DNA from: Takakia lepidozioides
Taxonomy: Eukaryota; Plantae; Bryophyta
Assembly: GCA_030704615.1 (NCBI GenBank)
Contig: CM060733.1
Span: 29,822,001-29,886,000, forward strand
DNA length: 64,000 nt
Direction: 5' to 3'
This document shows positions 11,765 through 24,130 of the stretch, one piece after another. The notes beneath the pieces are model-generated. The model did not search any database. It was not told the DNA's origin and was given only the letters and a program-made list of their open reading frames with translations. Both the position numbers and the translations under genes were made by a program. Positions within the stretch are counted from its first letter, which is position 1. Every line of letters starts with the position of its first letter.

Positions 11765-12660
11765 GCATTTGTCTTCTGGACTTGTTTGGCGGGATCAGCA
11801 CCGGATTGGCTGCTGTGTTACAGGCAGGTGTACGTTCGGCGTTACCTGTATGTGGAGAGGGATGAGACTGCACGACGCGTTCACTTCGCCATTTGCTCAG
11901 TTGGTGCAGCTACCCTGCTTTGTTGTGTCTACATTCGTGGATATCAGCAGCCTTGCCAGCAGACATTTCGTTGCTGGGGGCGCAGATTTGGAGCGGTTGG
12001 CTCCATTGATCTGGTAGTGGCAGGTTGGCCCTGCCAAGGGCATTCATCAGCCGGGCATGGCAATGGATTGCGAGACTCGAGGTCGGTCTGTTTTGGGAGA
12101 TGTGCGGGTTTTGCGCCACTTGCAGCTTCATCAAGCTGTATCTCAGCATACATCTTGGAGAATGTGCCACTGATGGGCGATTCTCGGGCCAGGGTGATGG
12201 CCAGTGTGCATCAAGTCGGTCGTGGCTTGGGTCAGCAGTGTGCTGGATGCAGCTAGTGGGGTCACGGGCTCATCGTCCACGGCTATGGTGGACTAACTTG
12301 ATGCCACCGCACTGCTCAAGCGTGCATTTGATGGGGTGCAGCGGCCAGCACACCTCACAGTGGATGCATTTTGGACACAGGGAGGCAGTCTCAACGTGTG
12401 AGACACGATGACCGTTCGCCTTTGTAGTGGTCAACAGGTGGGTCAACCACGAGCAGCATTACCTACACTGCTCAGCTTCCCAGGATCCATGCTTTCGGGA
12501 TGTGGACCTGGCCTCTGTGGGATGCTCAGTTGCAGCAGTTAGTGGAGCCTAATGCTGACGAGCGTGAGCGGGCATGGGTTTTCCACTGGCACTGAGGCAT
12601 CACGTCGTCAGTGTTGGGGCAAGCAATGGATCTCAATTGCTTGACCTGGATTATCAGCTT
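11765..12660 (+). pseudogene. C5 cytosine DNA methyltransferase domain (DNMT3-like) within pol, frameshifted
   Basis: Motif I LLDLFGGISTG (11776); II YLYVERD; IV DLVVAGWPCQG (PCQ at 12029-12037); VI YILENVP (12158); VIII RAHRPRLWWTNL; IX EPNADERERA-GF; X VLGQAMDLN, in canonical order. Confidence 0.88.
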
Positions 12661-13139
12661 GGCTATGGCTGAGCAACGCAGAGTGCGGAGTACACTTCCC
12701 TTGGGTCTCTGCCTACCTACCGACGGTACAGGCAGTGAGTGGGGGCGAGCATGAGGACCACGGGGTAGCATCCATGGCACACGTGGGAGGTGCTCGAGGT
12801 TCAGAGGGAGTTGGCAGCCAAGGCGGCTGTGATGGATGAGGTTGGGGATTCTTCTCGGGTTGAGGAGGTCCTCAAGATAAGATGATGGGGCAGGATGAGG
12901 CCTTGTCATTGACTGAGCAGGCAGGGAGTACTGCTCAAGAGGTTGCGCATAGCAACCACGGGACGCGTCCTCTACCTCTAAGCCCACTGGACTTAAGGTT
13001 GCAGTTACGGAGGACAATTGGGAGCCTGACATTGGACCCATTGTCACCGAGGAGAGAGACGACGTATACGGCGGTTCCTGAGGGCTTAGGAATTGCTTTG
13101 CCTTCAGTTTGAAGGACTTGGGAGCACTGAAGGGTCAAG

Positions 13140-14450
13140 AGATCCGTATTGAGTTGGCCACTGACACGCCAATCTTTCGAGACCCTATAGATATAGTGAC
13201 ATGGAGAGGTCTTTGATTCAGATGAGGACTCAAGATCTCTGGGAGGCAGGTTTGGTGGAGCTCTCTGGTGGAGAGTATGCTTCAGCCACAGTGATGCCAG
13301 CCAAGAAGGATGTCTATGGCAATTGGACGAGAGACGTATGTGCGGTGATTACCGGCCTGTAAATCGTCAGACCAAGTCCGATAAGTATGCCATGCCAACA
13401 CCAGAGGAGATCTTTGATGCCATCGGGCATGCTAAGGTCTTTAGCACTTTGGATTTACGATCCGGATATCACCAGTTGCCAATCAAGGAGGCGGACAAGC
13501 AGAAGACGGCATTCTGGGGGATCAATGAGCACGGCAAGGATTGCCTATATCAGTGGCGGTTCTTACCATTTGGGCTTAAGAATGCTCCTGCAGAGTTTCA
13601 GAGAGTCATGGATAGGATTCTAGCAGGGTGGACTTTGCTCGGTGCTACATAGATGACATCATCATCTTTAGTGTTACGATGGAGGAGCATGAGACACCTT
13701 CAGGTGGTATTGGAGCGCTTGAGAGCGCACGGATTGAAGTTGCATCCGGGGAAGTGCAAGTTTTTCCACAACCAGATTGAGTATCTGGGTCACATGATAT
13801 ATCCTGGAGGATTGGGGGTACAGCAGACTAAGGTAGAGGCCATTGCACAAATTCCACGCCCCACGGATGTGAGCCGAGTTCGAGCTTTCATGGGGTTGGC
13901 AAACTATTATAGACGGTTTGTCAAGGAATTTAGTACCATTGCAAAGGCTCTAACCAAGCTGACCAAGGTGGACCAGGAGTGGCAGTGGGAAGATGAGCAG
14001 GAACGAGCTTTTCAAGAGCTCAAGGCGAGGTTGACCTCGGCGCCTATCCTGAGACGACCTATCAGGGGGCGTCCCTTTCAGCTGCATACGGATTGGAGCA
14101 TGCTGGGGCTTGGAGCGGTGCTCACACAGTGGATGATGAGGGAAGAGAGTTCGTAGTGGCTTATGCTAGCCGCTCGAACAACGCTGCAGAGGCTAAGTAC
14201 AGCTCATATGAGGGAGAGTGCTTAGCTGCAGTGTGGGCCGTGGCACACTTCAGGTGCTATCTATACGGCAATCTTTTCACCCTTGTCACGGATCACCACC
14301 ACTCAAGTGGTTGATGGAGTCAGACAAGCTTACGGGGAAGCTTGCACGGTGGGCACTTATACTCCAGGAGTATGACTTTCAGGTTGTGCATCCGGGTTTG
14401 GTCAATCGGGATGCGGATGGATTGAGTCGCAATCCATGCACGAGCCAGCA
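13140..14450 (+). pseudogene. Reverse transcriptase and RNase H
   Basis: RMCGDYRPVN, LDLRSGYHQ, LPFGLKNAPAEFQR, YIDD (13646-13657), LHTDWSMLGLGAVL, EGECLAAVWAV, TDH, ADGLSR. Confidence 0.93.
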
Positions 14451-14730
14451 GGATGACACTGGAGCTCGGTGGCATGGTGAGACGGACGAGGAGATGGTGG
14501 GGCACGCATCTGCATTTTTGTGTATCTTGGCATCGGGAGGTCAGGTTGGACCTACACACAGGGATGACTGTAGACGGAGTGTCTGAGGACCCTGAGGCTA
14601 GTGATGAGCCAGGTGGTGCCAGAGATATACATGAGGATTCGGCTGTTGGACTACCTCCGCACGGAGACACGGCAGCCACTGTGACTGCCAGGGAGAGGGA
14701 TCGGATCCTGCAACGAGCCAAGAGGTTCAA

Positions 14731-16062
14731 GTGGGAGGGGATACACCTACTTCGAGTGTGGGAGGATGGTCGGGTGAGGATTGTGCCTCACCCACACAGC
14801 GTGCACGGTTAGTGCGGCATGCCTATGAGGAGTTGGGGCATTTTGGAGTGCGACGCACTCACAGTTTACTGCAGGGGCAGTATTGGTGGCGTGGTATGCA
14901 TACAGAGGTGCAACAGTTCGTGGCTAGGTGCATGGTGTGTGACAGGGTGCGTGCTTCATTCAACGCCCCTACACCACAGTTGCATCCTTTACCAATCATG
15001 GGATTGGGCTACAGGTGGAGTCTTGACTTCGCAGGACCGTTGCCACTGACTATGCGCCACCACAGATATGTGTTGGTGATGGTGGAGCACTTCTCCAAGT
15101 GGATTGAGTTGGTTCCATTGCCTGACAAGGCTAGAGGGGGCTGCGTATGCATTCTTGGATCGTGTGCTTAGCCGATTTGGTGCTCCAGCTGAGATACTCA
15201 CGGACCAAGGGAGAGAGTTCTTGGGGGAGTTTCAGGCTTTGTGTGATAAAACCTTGATAGACCACCGCACCACTTCTCGGGATCATCCTGAGGCCGATGG
15301 CTTGGCAGAGAGAGTTGTTCAGACGGTGAAGAGGGGTTTGCGCAAGTATGGCTTGCAGAAGGGACACCTAGGAGATTGGGATCTCCAGGTTCTTTGGTTA
15401 GCCATGGGCTACAGGTTCAGCAAACAAGCATCACTTGCTCCTTCTCACCATATTTCCTTCTCTTTGGCCGAGAGCCGGATTTGCCTGCAGCCATTCGTAG
15501 GGACACTGCTCAAGTCCTTAACCTTGACGATCCGGATGTGTGGGTACGTGCATGTGATCAGCGTGCAGAATTGTTCAAGAAAGTCATGCCCATGGCTTTT
15601 GAGAACCTTGCCATTGCACAACACTGTGATACGTTGAGGTATGCCACTATACGTGGTGGAGGATATCGTCCTGAGGTTCGGAGGTTTAGCCCTGGTGACT
15701 ATGTTTATTTGCAGCAGACTGTTCCTACGACTCCGGATGTTACTGCAGGACGTGTTATTCTGAGGGTTCAAGAGGTGTTGCCCTCAGGGGTCCTGATCTT
15801 GGAGGGTCGGGATGGCATGACTTGGAAGGACCATGTGCGTAATTGTGCGCCATGTCACCTTCCCAATGTCGATGGCAGAGTTGACCCAAACTTGGCAGTG
15901 GTACCTGCAGGTTTGAGGTGCATGCTCTGTGGGTCTGCCAAAGGGGCAGCCACCATGCTGGTGTGTGATCGATGCTCAAGGGGTTGGCATATGGGATGTT
16001 TGACACCACCTCTTGAGAAGGTTCTTGACGGAGATTGGTTGTGTCCACATTGCTTGGGATAG
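14731..16062 (+). pseudogene. DDE integrase with C-terminal PHD finger
   Basis: HHCC (H..EELGH...CMVC), SLDFAGP, TDQGREF, GLAERVVQT. PHD CMLC...CDRC..GWH..C...W.CPHC at 15919-16053. Confidence 0.9.
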
Positions 16063-16322
16063 TGGCAGTGGACATGACTGGAGGCAGCTAACAAGACATG
16101 GGAGGCCAAGCTCATAGGAGTCAATACATGAGATCCCAAGCTCAAGTTCACAGGTTGCAAGACGGCGACTAACGATGGGGCAACTCTTGCACCCGGCCTC
16201 TTGATCTATCGAGTTTGAGTGTAGTAGGGATAGTGGTGGAAGACTTAGTGAGGCTATGGTCACTATCACATCTTGTGGCTACCTGGACTTAGAGGGACCT
16301 AAGCACCAGCTAGGGGGGCGAT

Positions 16323-17006
16323 TGTATGGACTAGTGACTGCCATAGTGGGCAGCATAGTGGCAGCCTAGTGACTGACTAGTTGTAGCCTAGTGGTTGGAC
16401 TAGTGGCTGGACTAGTGGTATACTAATGTGTGGTGTGCACATGTGTTGTGTGGTTTAAGACAGCGATGTAGTTGTGTAGCGATATGTATGCGCACGACAG
16501 CTGTCAAGTTATTTTACCACTAGTATGAAACTAGCTAGGAAATAGCTAGTTTTTACATATTGACATTTGGGATTGGCCCAAGTGTCAATCCAGGGGTCAA
16601 GGCAGATTTAGGCCCTGGAGTGGTTATCTTCACGGCAAGCGCGGGAGGCTCATCTTTCTCGAGTTGAGCCTCACCGCGCCTAGCTATGGCGCCGTAGTGT
16701 GGATTCCCCATGGCGTGGGGTGCACTTGGCTTGACTTGTATTTGAGTGATGATGTTATATATGCATGAGTTTATGCTTCAACTTTGTGAGCTCGCATGAG
16801 CTTGTGCTTGTATTCTTCTTCTTTATCATTGTATGGACTAGTGACTGCCATAGTGGGCAGCATAGTGGCAGCCTAGTGACTGACTAGTTGTAGCCTAGTG
16901 GTTGGACTAGTGGCTGGACTAGTGGTGGACTAGTGTGTGGTGTACACATGTGTTGTGTGGTTTTGGACAACGATGTAGTTGTGTAGCGATATGTATGCGC
17001 ACGACA
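16323..17006 (+). repeat. B1-A2-B2 terminal repeat block
   Basis: PPT AGGGGGGCG 16312-16320; B1 16323-16499; GC spacer; A2 16502-16828; B2 16830-17006. Confidence 0.92.
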
Positions 17007-17750
17007 AACAAGAAAAATGTTGCGACCACCCCACTGCTGGTGGTCGCAGCTATTAAAACAAAATACAAATTGTGCGACCACCAGTAGCGGTGGTCGCAAC
17101 TGTTTTTTTTGTTTTTTTAAATGGTGCGACCACCCCCTGCTGGTTGTCGCACCTATTTTAAAAAACAAATGTTGAGACCACCCCCCTGCTGGTGGTCGCA
17201 ACTGTTATAAAAAAAAATAAAAAAAATCTGCAACTACCTCCCTGCTGGTGGTCACAACTATTAAAAAAAAATTAAAATTATGCGACCACCCCTGCAGGTG
17301 GTCGCACCTATTTTTGAAAAATAAAAATATTGCGACCACCACCTGCTGGTGGTCGCACCCAATTTTTAAAAAAGTAAAAATGTGCGACCACCCTCTGCTT
17401 GTGGTCGCACCTATTAAAAAATAAGTAAAAATGTGCGACCACCCCTTTCTGGTGGTCGCACCTATTTTTATTTTTTTTAAATTGTGCGACTAACTGTTGC
17501 TGACGGTCGCATGATTGACAATATAAATCATAATATATGAATTTTATAGAGAAATAATGAAGTCCACGTAATGAGGCCACATCGGTTGCCTCGTCGGTTC
17601 TCATAGTAAATAGTCAATAGTAACGTAAAAAAATAAACATAATTATGTACAATAACATCCGTTTTGGACGTGACGTGACGCACGTCCATCGCTGACGTCG
17701 GACGTGACGCTGACGCGTCAACGCCACGTCACGTCCAAATTTGCAACTAG
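17007..17750. repeat. Palindromic array, right part, ending in a 15-bp inverted repeat plus CTAG (possible Helitron-like terminus)
   Basis: About 10 units at 50-52 bp period. TTTGGACGTGACGTG (17663-17677) pairs with CACGTCACGTCCAAA (17725-17739); CTAG at 17747-17750. Confidence 0.75.
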
Positions 17751-17889
17751 ACTCTTCGGTTAGTAGATAGTCAGCAGTTAATGCATTCAATTAGGCCTCT
17801 CTCTTTGATTAGATAAATAGTGCGCTCTCCTTCTGATTCTTCATTCTAGCCTTACGGTCTCAAGCTGTAGTTTCACAGCCAGTTCTTCA

Positions 17890-20800
17890 TGGTATCAAAG
17901 CTCTAGGAGGCGAGTGAATCATAGTTAGTCAAGGGTCTAGAGGTCACTAAGAAGAACCTCGGTTGTGAGCGCTACTCCACCATATGAGAGTTAGTTGTTT
18001 TTTTTAATGAAGTATTGTAGCTGTGAGCACTGCTCCAGTAGTGGTTATTATTTTGTTTAGTTTGTTTCTTTATCTTTTCCTGTATCCAGTCGCTCAACAT
18101 GGCTGAAACTTCAGGACTTGTCATCCCTCACCAAGACAAGCTTGAAGGGAAGACAAACTATTCAGTCTGGAAGTTCAAGGTAAGAAATTATCTTTTGAGA
18201 GAAGATATTCAAGGTCTTGTTGAGAGGAACCTGCAGACTCTAGCTGAAGGTCAGAACAGGGATGAGTTTAGAAAGAAGAAGCTTAGAGCTCTTACTATCA
18301 TCAATCTGTCTCTTTCTGATAAGGTCATCCATTATGTCTCCCACTTGACTGAACCAAAGGCAGTTTGGGATGCTCTTGCCAAGATGTACGATGACAAATC
18401 ATCATCTAGGCAGATGGTAGTAAGGAACAAACTTCAGAGCATTAAAATGACTGAAGGTACTTCAATGGAAGAATTCCCTAAAACCGTCACTAGTCTGGTA
18501 GCCCAACTTGCTAGCTTTGGCGAAGAGATCGAGGAACACATTGTGGTGGAGACCATTCTGAATGCACTGCCTGATTCATACCTTGCTTATGGAGATTCCA
18601 TCATGGCTCAGAGGGAGCTCCCAGATGTTGCAGAACTGACCTCAAAGTTGCTACATGAGGAAAGTCGTTCGAAGGGAGCTAAGAGGACGTAAACTGAGCG
18701 AGGATGAGGCCCTGTGGGTGAAGTTTAAGTGCTTCAACAATGCCTACAGACAAGGAGAAAGGAACAACGGAGGAGGACGATTCCAACCTCAGAGATCGGT
18801 GACTTCTACCTGTAACGGGTGTGGTAGAAATGGTCACTGGGCCAAGAATTGTCCAGTACCCTATGAGGAGATCCTTAGGACTCGGAACCAGTAAACGAAC
18901 ATGGTCGAGGATGCACATGAGGATTCTAACGAAGATGATTGTGTTGGAGCTGCCGAAATGCTTGAAGCAGCAATGGCTGTACTCAATACCAACGACGATC
19001 TCTCTCATGGAGAAAAATAGGCTTCATGGATCGTTGATTCAGGAGCTAGTACGCATATAACTGGAAATTCAGAAATTCTCCACGACATAGAAACCAGTAG
19101 CGGTACCTCCAGTGTTCGATCTGCCGGTGGCACCTATCATTCCGTGAAGGGGAAGGGTCATACCAATGTATTGCAAAACGGTGAAATAAAACGCATTAGT
19201 GATGTTTTGTACGTTCCTGGTATGATAAGGAATCAAGTAAGGAATTTGTTGTCTCACTTGTCTGTCGGTGTTTTAGCTGACAAAGGCCATCGTGGTATCT
19301 TTGGTGCACGTCAATGTTTGTTCATAGAAAAAGACCACTCACAGAATTGTCTTGCAAGAAAAACGCATCAAGTCTACAGGCCTGTATAACCTAGATTCTA
19401 GATCAAATGAGTCTCATATAGAAATTAATAGTGTAGAATCTGATGAGATTGCTAGACTCTGGCATAGACGACTTGGTCATCTTAATTATCATACTTTTTA
19501 TTTTCTTAGTAATAGTAATAAGGTTTTGGGAATGCCTAGACTTCCTCTCCTTTCAGAAGTCTACAAACCGTGTCTACTAGGAAAACAACACAGGGAGAGG
19601 TTTCCTCGCACAAGTGAACATAGAGCTAAAATGATACTTGAATTAGTGCATACCGATCTTTGTGGACCCCTCCCTGTCGCATCTTTGTCTGGTTCTAGGT
19701 ACTTTATGGCCATTACAGATGACTATAGCACGTTGACATGGGTGTATTTTCTCAAAGAGAAAAGTCAAGCCTTCAGTTGTTTCAAAGATTTCAAGGTCAT
19801 GATATAAAAAGTGACTGGTAAATTGATATGCTGCCTACGGACAGATAGGGGTAGCGAGTTCATGTCCATTGAATTCACCGAATTTTGCAAGAAGGAAGGG
19901 ATTCAGCGGCAGCTCACCCAGTCCTACGCGCCACAATAAAATGGAATCTCGGAGCGGAAGAACAGAACATTGATGGAGCATGCTTGAAGTCTTCTACTGG
20001 AGAATTCTCTTCCAAAGTACATTTGGACTGAGGCAGTCAATTATGCGATCTATCTCATGAATCGATCTCCTACCCGTGCTAACCCTGGCACTACTCCCTA
20101 TCAACGATTCCCAGGTCTGAAACCGGATATTTCCCATCTGAGAGTATTTGGGAGTAAATCGTTTGTCCACGTTGATAAACATCAAAGGGATAAGCTCGAT
20201 TCAAAGTCCATTGAATGTGTTTTGGTGGGATATGATACTGTCACGAAAGGGTACAGTTTGTTTAATCCAACTACCCGCAAAATCCTTATCAGCCGGGATG
20301 TTCAATTTGTTGAAGTTGACGATTCTTCTCTAGAAGAAATTCTTCCCAAACTGGCCTCCGACAATCCAACAGTTACGAGCACGAATCTACCCACAATATT
20401 TCATCATCCACTTGTAGATTCAGAGGAGGCTCCACAGCTGGCTACATCTCTGCCTGCCATCGACTTGCATGTTGATATTCCTATCCATGCACCATATGCT
20501 GAGCAGGCACCTCAAACTGACAGTTCCCTAACATTACGTGGAGATGAGGCAGCTGCTCCTACTCTTGCACCGGTACGATCAGGTCGAGAACGGAGAAGGC
20601 CAACTCATCTGCAAGATTATGTCAATGTGGCGGAGACAACAATGTTTGAGCCCACGAATTATGTTGAAGCAGCTTCAATTCCTGGCTGGCAGACTACCAT
20701 GGACCAGGAGATGGCCTCCATTGAAAAGAACCACACGTGGGAATTGGTTGATCTCCCCCCTGGAAAGCGTCCAATCACAGCTAAGTTGGTGTACAAAGTG

Positions 20801-21376
20801 AAGAGGAAAGCAGATGGCTCCGTGGATAAACTCAAAGCTCGACTTATCACTCGTGGATTTGAGCAAACAGAGGGTCTTGATTTTGACGAGACCTTTGCAC
20901 CGGTGGTCAAGTAGGGTACTATTCGTGCAATTCTTGCTCTTGCTGTTCATGAAGGTTAGCCTGTCTTTCACATGGATGTCAAGACCGCCTTCCTAAATGG
21001 CGATCTTCAAGAAGAGATATTTATGGAGCAGCCCCCAGGCTATGTTGCTATCGGATTTGAAATTAAGGTATATTGTAGATTATTTAAGGCTCTCTATGGG
21101 CTTAAGCAAGCTCCACGAGCTTGGTACTCAAAAATTGACACATATCTCAAGACTCAGGGTATGCTAAAGAATAATGCCGATTACAAACTATACTACTTGA
21201 ATATTGATGGCAAAATGGTCATTCTTGTCCTCTATGTTCATGATCTCTTGCTTACGGGAAATCATGGGGAGAAAATTGCGTGGATCCGAGAACAACTCTT
21301 GAAGGAGTATGAAATGACTGATCTGGGTGTGGCGGCCTTGTACCTAGGAGCGGAGCTAGCTCACACTCATGCATGA
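17890..21376 (+). mobile_element. Ty1/Copia retrotransposon, degenerate and 3'-truncated
   Basis: tRNA-iMet PBS TGGTATCAAAGC at 17890; gag at 18099; CNGCGRNGHWAKNC; WIVDSGAS; LWHRRLGH; HTDLCGP; RT motifs DVKTAFLNG and LYGLKQAPRAW. Confidence 0.92.
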
Positions 21377-23343
21377 ATTTTCCAGTATGCGACCAAAATG
21401 CTTCAGCCGAAGCATCCATGGCCGAAATATATGCGGTAATATAGGATCCTCTCTCCCAAGGAAAAGGCAGGTATAGGTCATCATTCAAGATGCGCATGTC
21501 ATACATTGCCAAAAAGAGAAAGATCGAACTAAACGAGCGCGGAGGACATTTCGACAGACCTGTCGAGGACCGGGACATTTCATACTTGCATTGTCGATCA
21601 GCATTGCGGCGGGTCGATCGGGTGCCATATCAGTCTGTGCGAGTTCCTGATACCTACGGGAATTTTCCCCTAGTCTTCCCCTCCAGCTTTTCTATTTTAT
21701 TTTCATTTAGCTTTTAAGTACCTAAAAATCTAAAATGTACTTTCCCTGCGACTCAGTTTCCCTCTTATAAAGGCCATAGAGGGAATCGTATTACAAGGGA
21801 AAGTCTAACTCTCCCTCCAATTTCCCCTCTGGAAAACATCCAACAAGGGATTCTTCAAGGGAATTGTACTTCCCCTTTTTCAGGGCTCTCTAATGAGGGG
21901 AAACGTCTGTCATTCCCTCTGTGCCATAGTGGGGAAGTCTCAAAAGCTCCTTGTGGCCGGGGGGAGACACCAAGGTCACACCTTATGTTCAATTTGGATG
22001 TGGCTAATGCTCTAACCCGCGGGTTTTGTGTGTTCTTGTGATTCAAGTCTGATCATGTGCAATGTTTCATCTATATACTTTGAAGGGGGGTATATGGTAT
22101 AATTTTTGACATTTCATTCATGTTAATATCTCGTGATGTCAAAAACCATTTCTAAGATCGATCATTAGGCTCGCATCATCTGTGCTGATCTCTCATCCTG
22201 TAACATGTTTCAGTTGGGCAGATCATCGAGCCAGTGCATGTTTCTCGGGTATTAAGTTGTTGAATAGGCTTCGTGCAATGGTGTGATTGAGAGACCTTGC
22301 TAGTATTGTGAGATGGTTTCTCTATGATGATATTGTCGTCCAGGTAATAGGAAGGCCAAGACAAGAAAGTAACAGTAGCTCAATAGTATTAATAACAGCC
22401 AGAATGTAAGTTTATATTTTGCTTTCATGTCATATATATCAATAGAACCATCAGCATAGTAATCCTGGAGAGGTATGTCAGATCAGATTTTTGCCTAAAG
22501 GGCACCGATGGCATGTTTTCAGCTTTTTAGCAAAATGAGGCAATCCTCTTAGCGTGCTACAGATTCACTTGCATGGGATGGATTGGGGCAACTGCACCGC
22601 TCCCATCCTCTCTTCGGTCGACGTACACATACCCAGACCAATACTGAGAGAATGTCATCTTTGTTTTTTTTTTGTTTTTTTTTTTGTTTTTTCTTTAGCT
22701 GAAAGGGGATAGTGGCCCTTATTAATTTTATGGAGAATTATTGAAGGGAGAAAAATGTTCTTTTGGATTTCTATAATATGAAACTTAAACATGAGACCCA
22801 ATTTGAATATTAGCAGTTAGAGCACGGGAAGCACGCAGAAAGATTCCATAAATAAGCAGATACATAAATAATCGTATTTCAAGTAGTTGAATACTCCACA
22901 TTGACATTAATCAATAGTTTTTCTTTAATTCATTTAAAAAAGTTTATTATTAGTATGCTATGCAACAAATATCTAGTATGAGTAATTAAATGACAATATA
23001 TTCCACCTAATTATTAAAGATATTTTGCATAATCTACTTAAGGTACCGGATCATGACGGAAGACAGTTACAGTGTTCACTTCAGCACTACTATATGCATT
23101 TTAACCGGGAGGACAAGAATCTGTATTCAGCAATGGTTTTATTATGCACACTCAATACCTTGAGAAGTTGCAGTCTTCACATACTGAAAGTCACGGGAAT
23201 GTCACGAAGATATTCCACGGTCAGACAACTCTCTAAGCAACGGCACCAGCTGAGGATATGTAAAGTTTTTCCCGGGACCCCCTCAACGTTCCATGCAGCG
23301 AAGCCTCACTGTTTCCAGGATCGTCGTTCGTCTGACTGAACAG

Positions 23344-23622
23344 TCCTACCAACAAAATAATAATCCCATATCGAATGCCCATAAACCGTGCACTCTCGCG
23401 CTATAAAGCCACCGTGCAGTGCTACTACCCACGGTGGTCCCTGAGATCCGAGTGGATCCTGCGCTACTACCTACCGGGGCGGTACTAAGGTCCGAGTGGA
23501 TACTGTGCGATTCCCGGCAACAATTCTCTTTGGAATTGGGTCCTTATAGAACCCACCTACGAAACCCAACCAGCACTTTCTCGCTATTGCTCACATTTAC
23601 GCTTGCGAGAGCGCTGGACTAG
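23344..23622 (+). mobile_element. Short non-autonomous Helitron-like element carrying a USE/TATA small-RNA cassette
   Basis: 5' TCCTACCAACAAAATAATA; USE-like ATCCCATATCG 23363-23373; TATAAA at 23402; 3' hairpin CGCT-n-AGCG then CTAG|T at 23619-23623. Confidence 0.6.
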
Positions 23623-23689
23623 TCGTAGTGCCTAAAGAAAATGGAGCCCCGAGAACACAAATCGATTTCTATCAAAAATCTATTTCTAT

Positions 23690-24130
23690 CAAATGTGGCT
23701 TGCGACGGTCTTACTATTCGAGTGGGTTCCCGTAGGAGGTTCACCGCGGCATAAAGCCATTTCTGTCTTTGCCTCACTAATGGAACAGATGCATGCAATC
23801 TGAAGAATTTCAACCAATAATTTAGGCCATCCTACTAAGAAACTAATAATCCCATATCGAACGCCCCGCACTTGCAGCTGTAAATGAACCGCCACGCAGC
23901 GCGTTCAAATGTGGCCTGCAACGGTGCGTCAGGCTACCAACAAAATAATAATCCCGAATGGATCCACCGCCTGATGAGGCTCTTTTGGACACGGGACTCA
24001 GCCACGAAACCCAACCTGCACATTCCCTCGAATACTCATCGTTGCCCTTTACGCTGCCACATGAGGGCGAGACAGTAATAGTGGTAAGAAGAACGCGCAA
24101 CTGCGACAGTGTACATACGAGAACAGAGAC
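23690..24130 (+). repeat. Clustered partial copies of the same cassette family
   Basis: RNA core 23695-23744; USE 23849-23859 with truncated core at 23911; internally deleted copy from 23934. Confidence 0.7.

Larger units (their letters stand above)
5799..17006 (+). mobile_element. Ty3/Gypsy-type retrotransposon with DNA cytosine methyltransferase and PHD finger, split direct repeats A-int-B-A-B
   Basis: Termini TGTC...GACA; 4-bp TSD AACA (5795-5798 and 17007-17010). A1 5799-6125 matches A2 16502-16828 (327 bp); B1 16323-16499 matches B2 16830-17006 (177 bp). Domain order gag-PR-MTase-RT-RH-IN-PHD. Confidence 0.92.

Noticed and set aside
5799-17006. DIRS/Ngaro classification based on the split repeats
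   Set aside because: No tyrosine recombinase seen; protease, DDE integrase and a TSD are present.
17007-17510. CRISPR-like repeat-spacer array
   Set aside because: Spacers are low-complexity A/T tracts, repeats are degenerate, no cas genes, eukaryotic context.
21377-22780. Possible solo LTR and exon-like segments after the Copia truncation
   Set aside because: No termini, TSD or coding signal that I can support.
23970-24016. Hammerhead ribozyme (CTGATGAG...CGAAAC)
   Set aside because: Stems I and III and the NUH site cannot be formed; the motif is part of a local GCCT/AGGC hairpin and is not conserved in sister copies.
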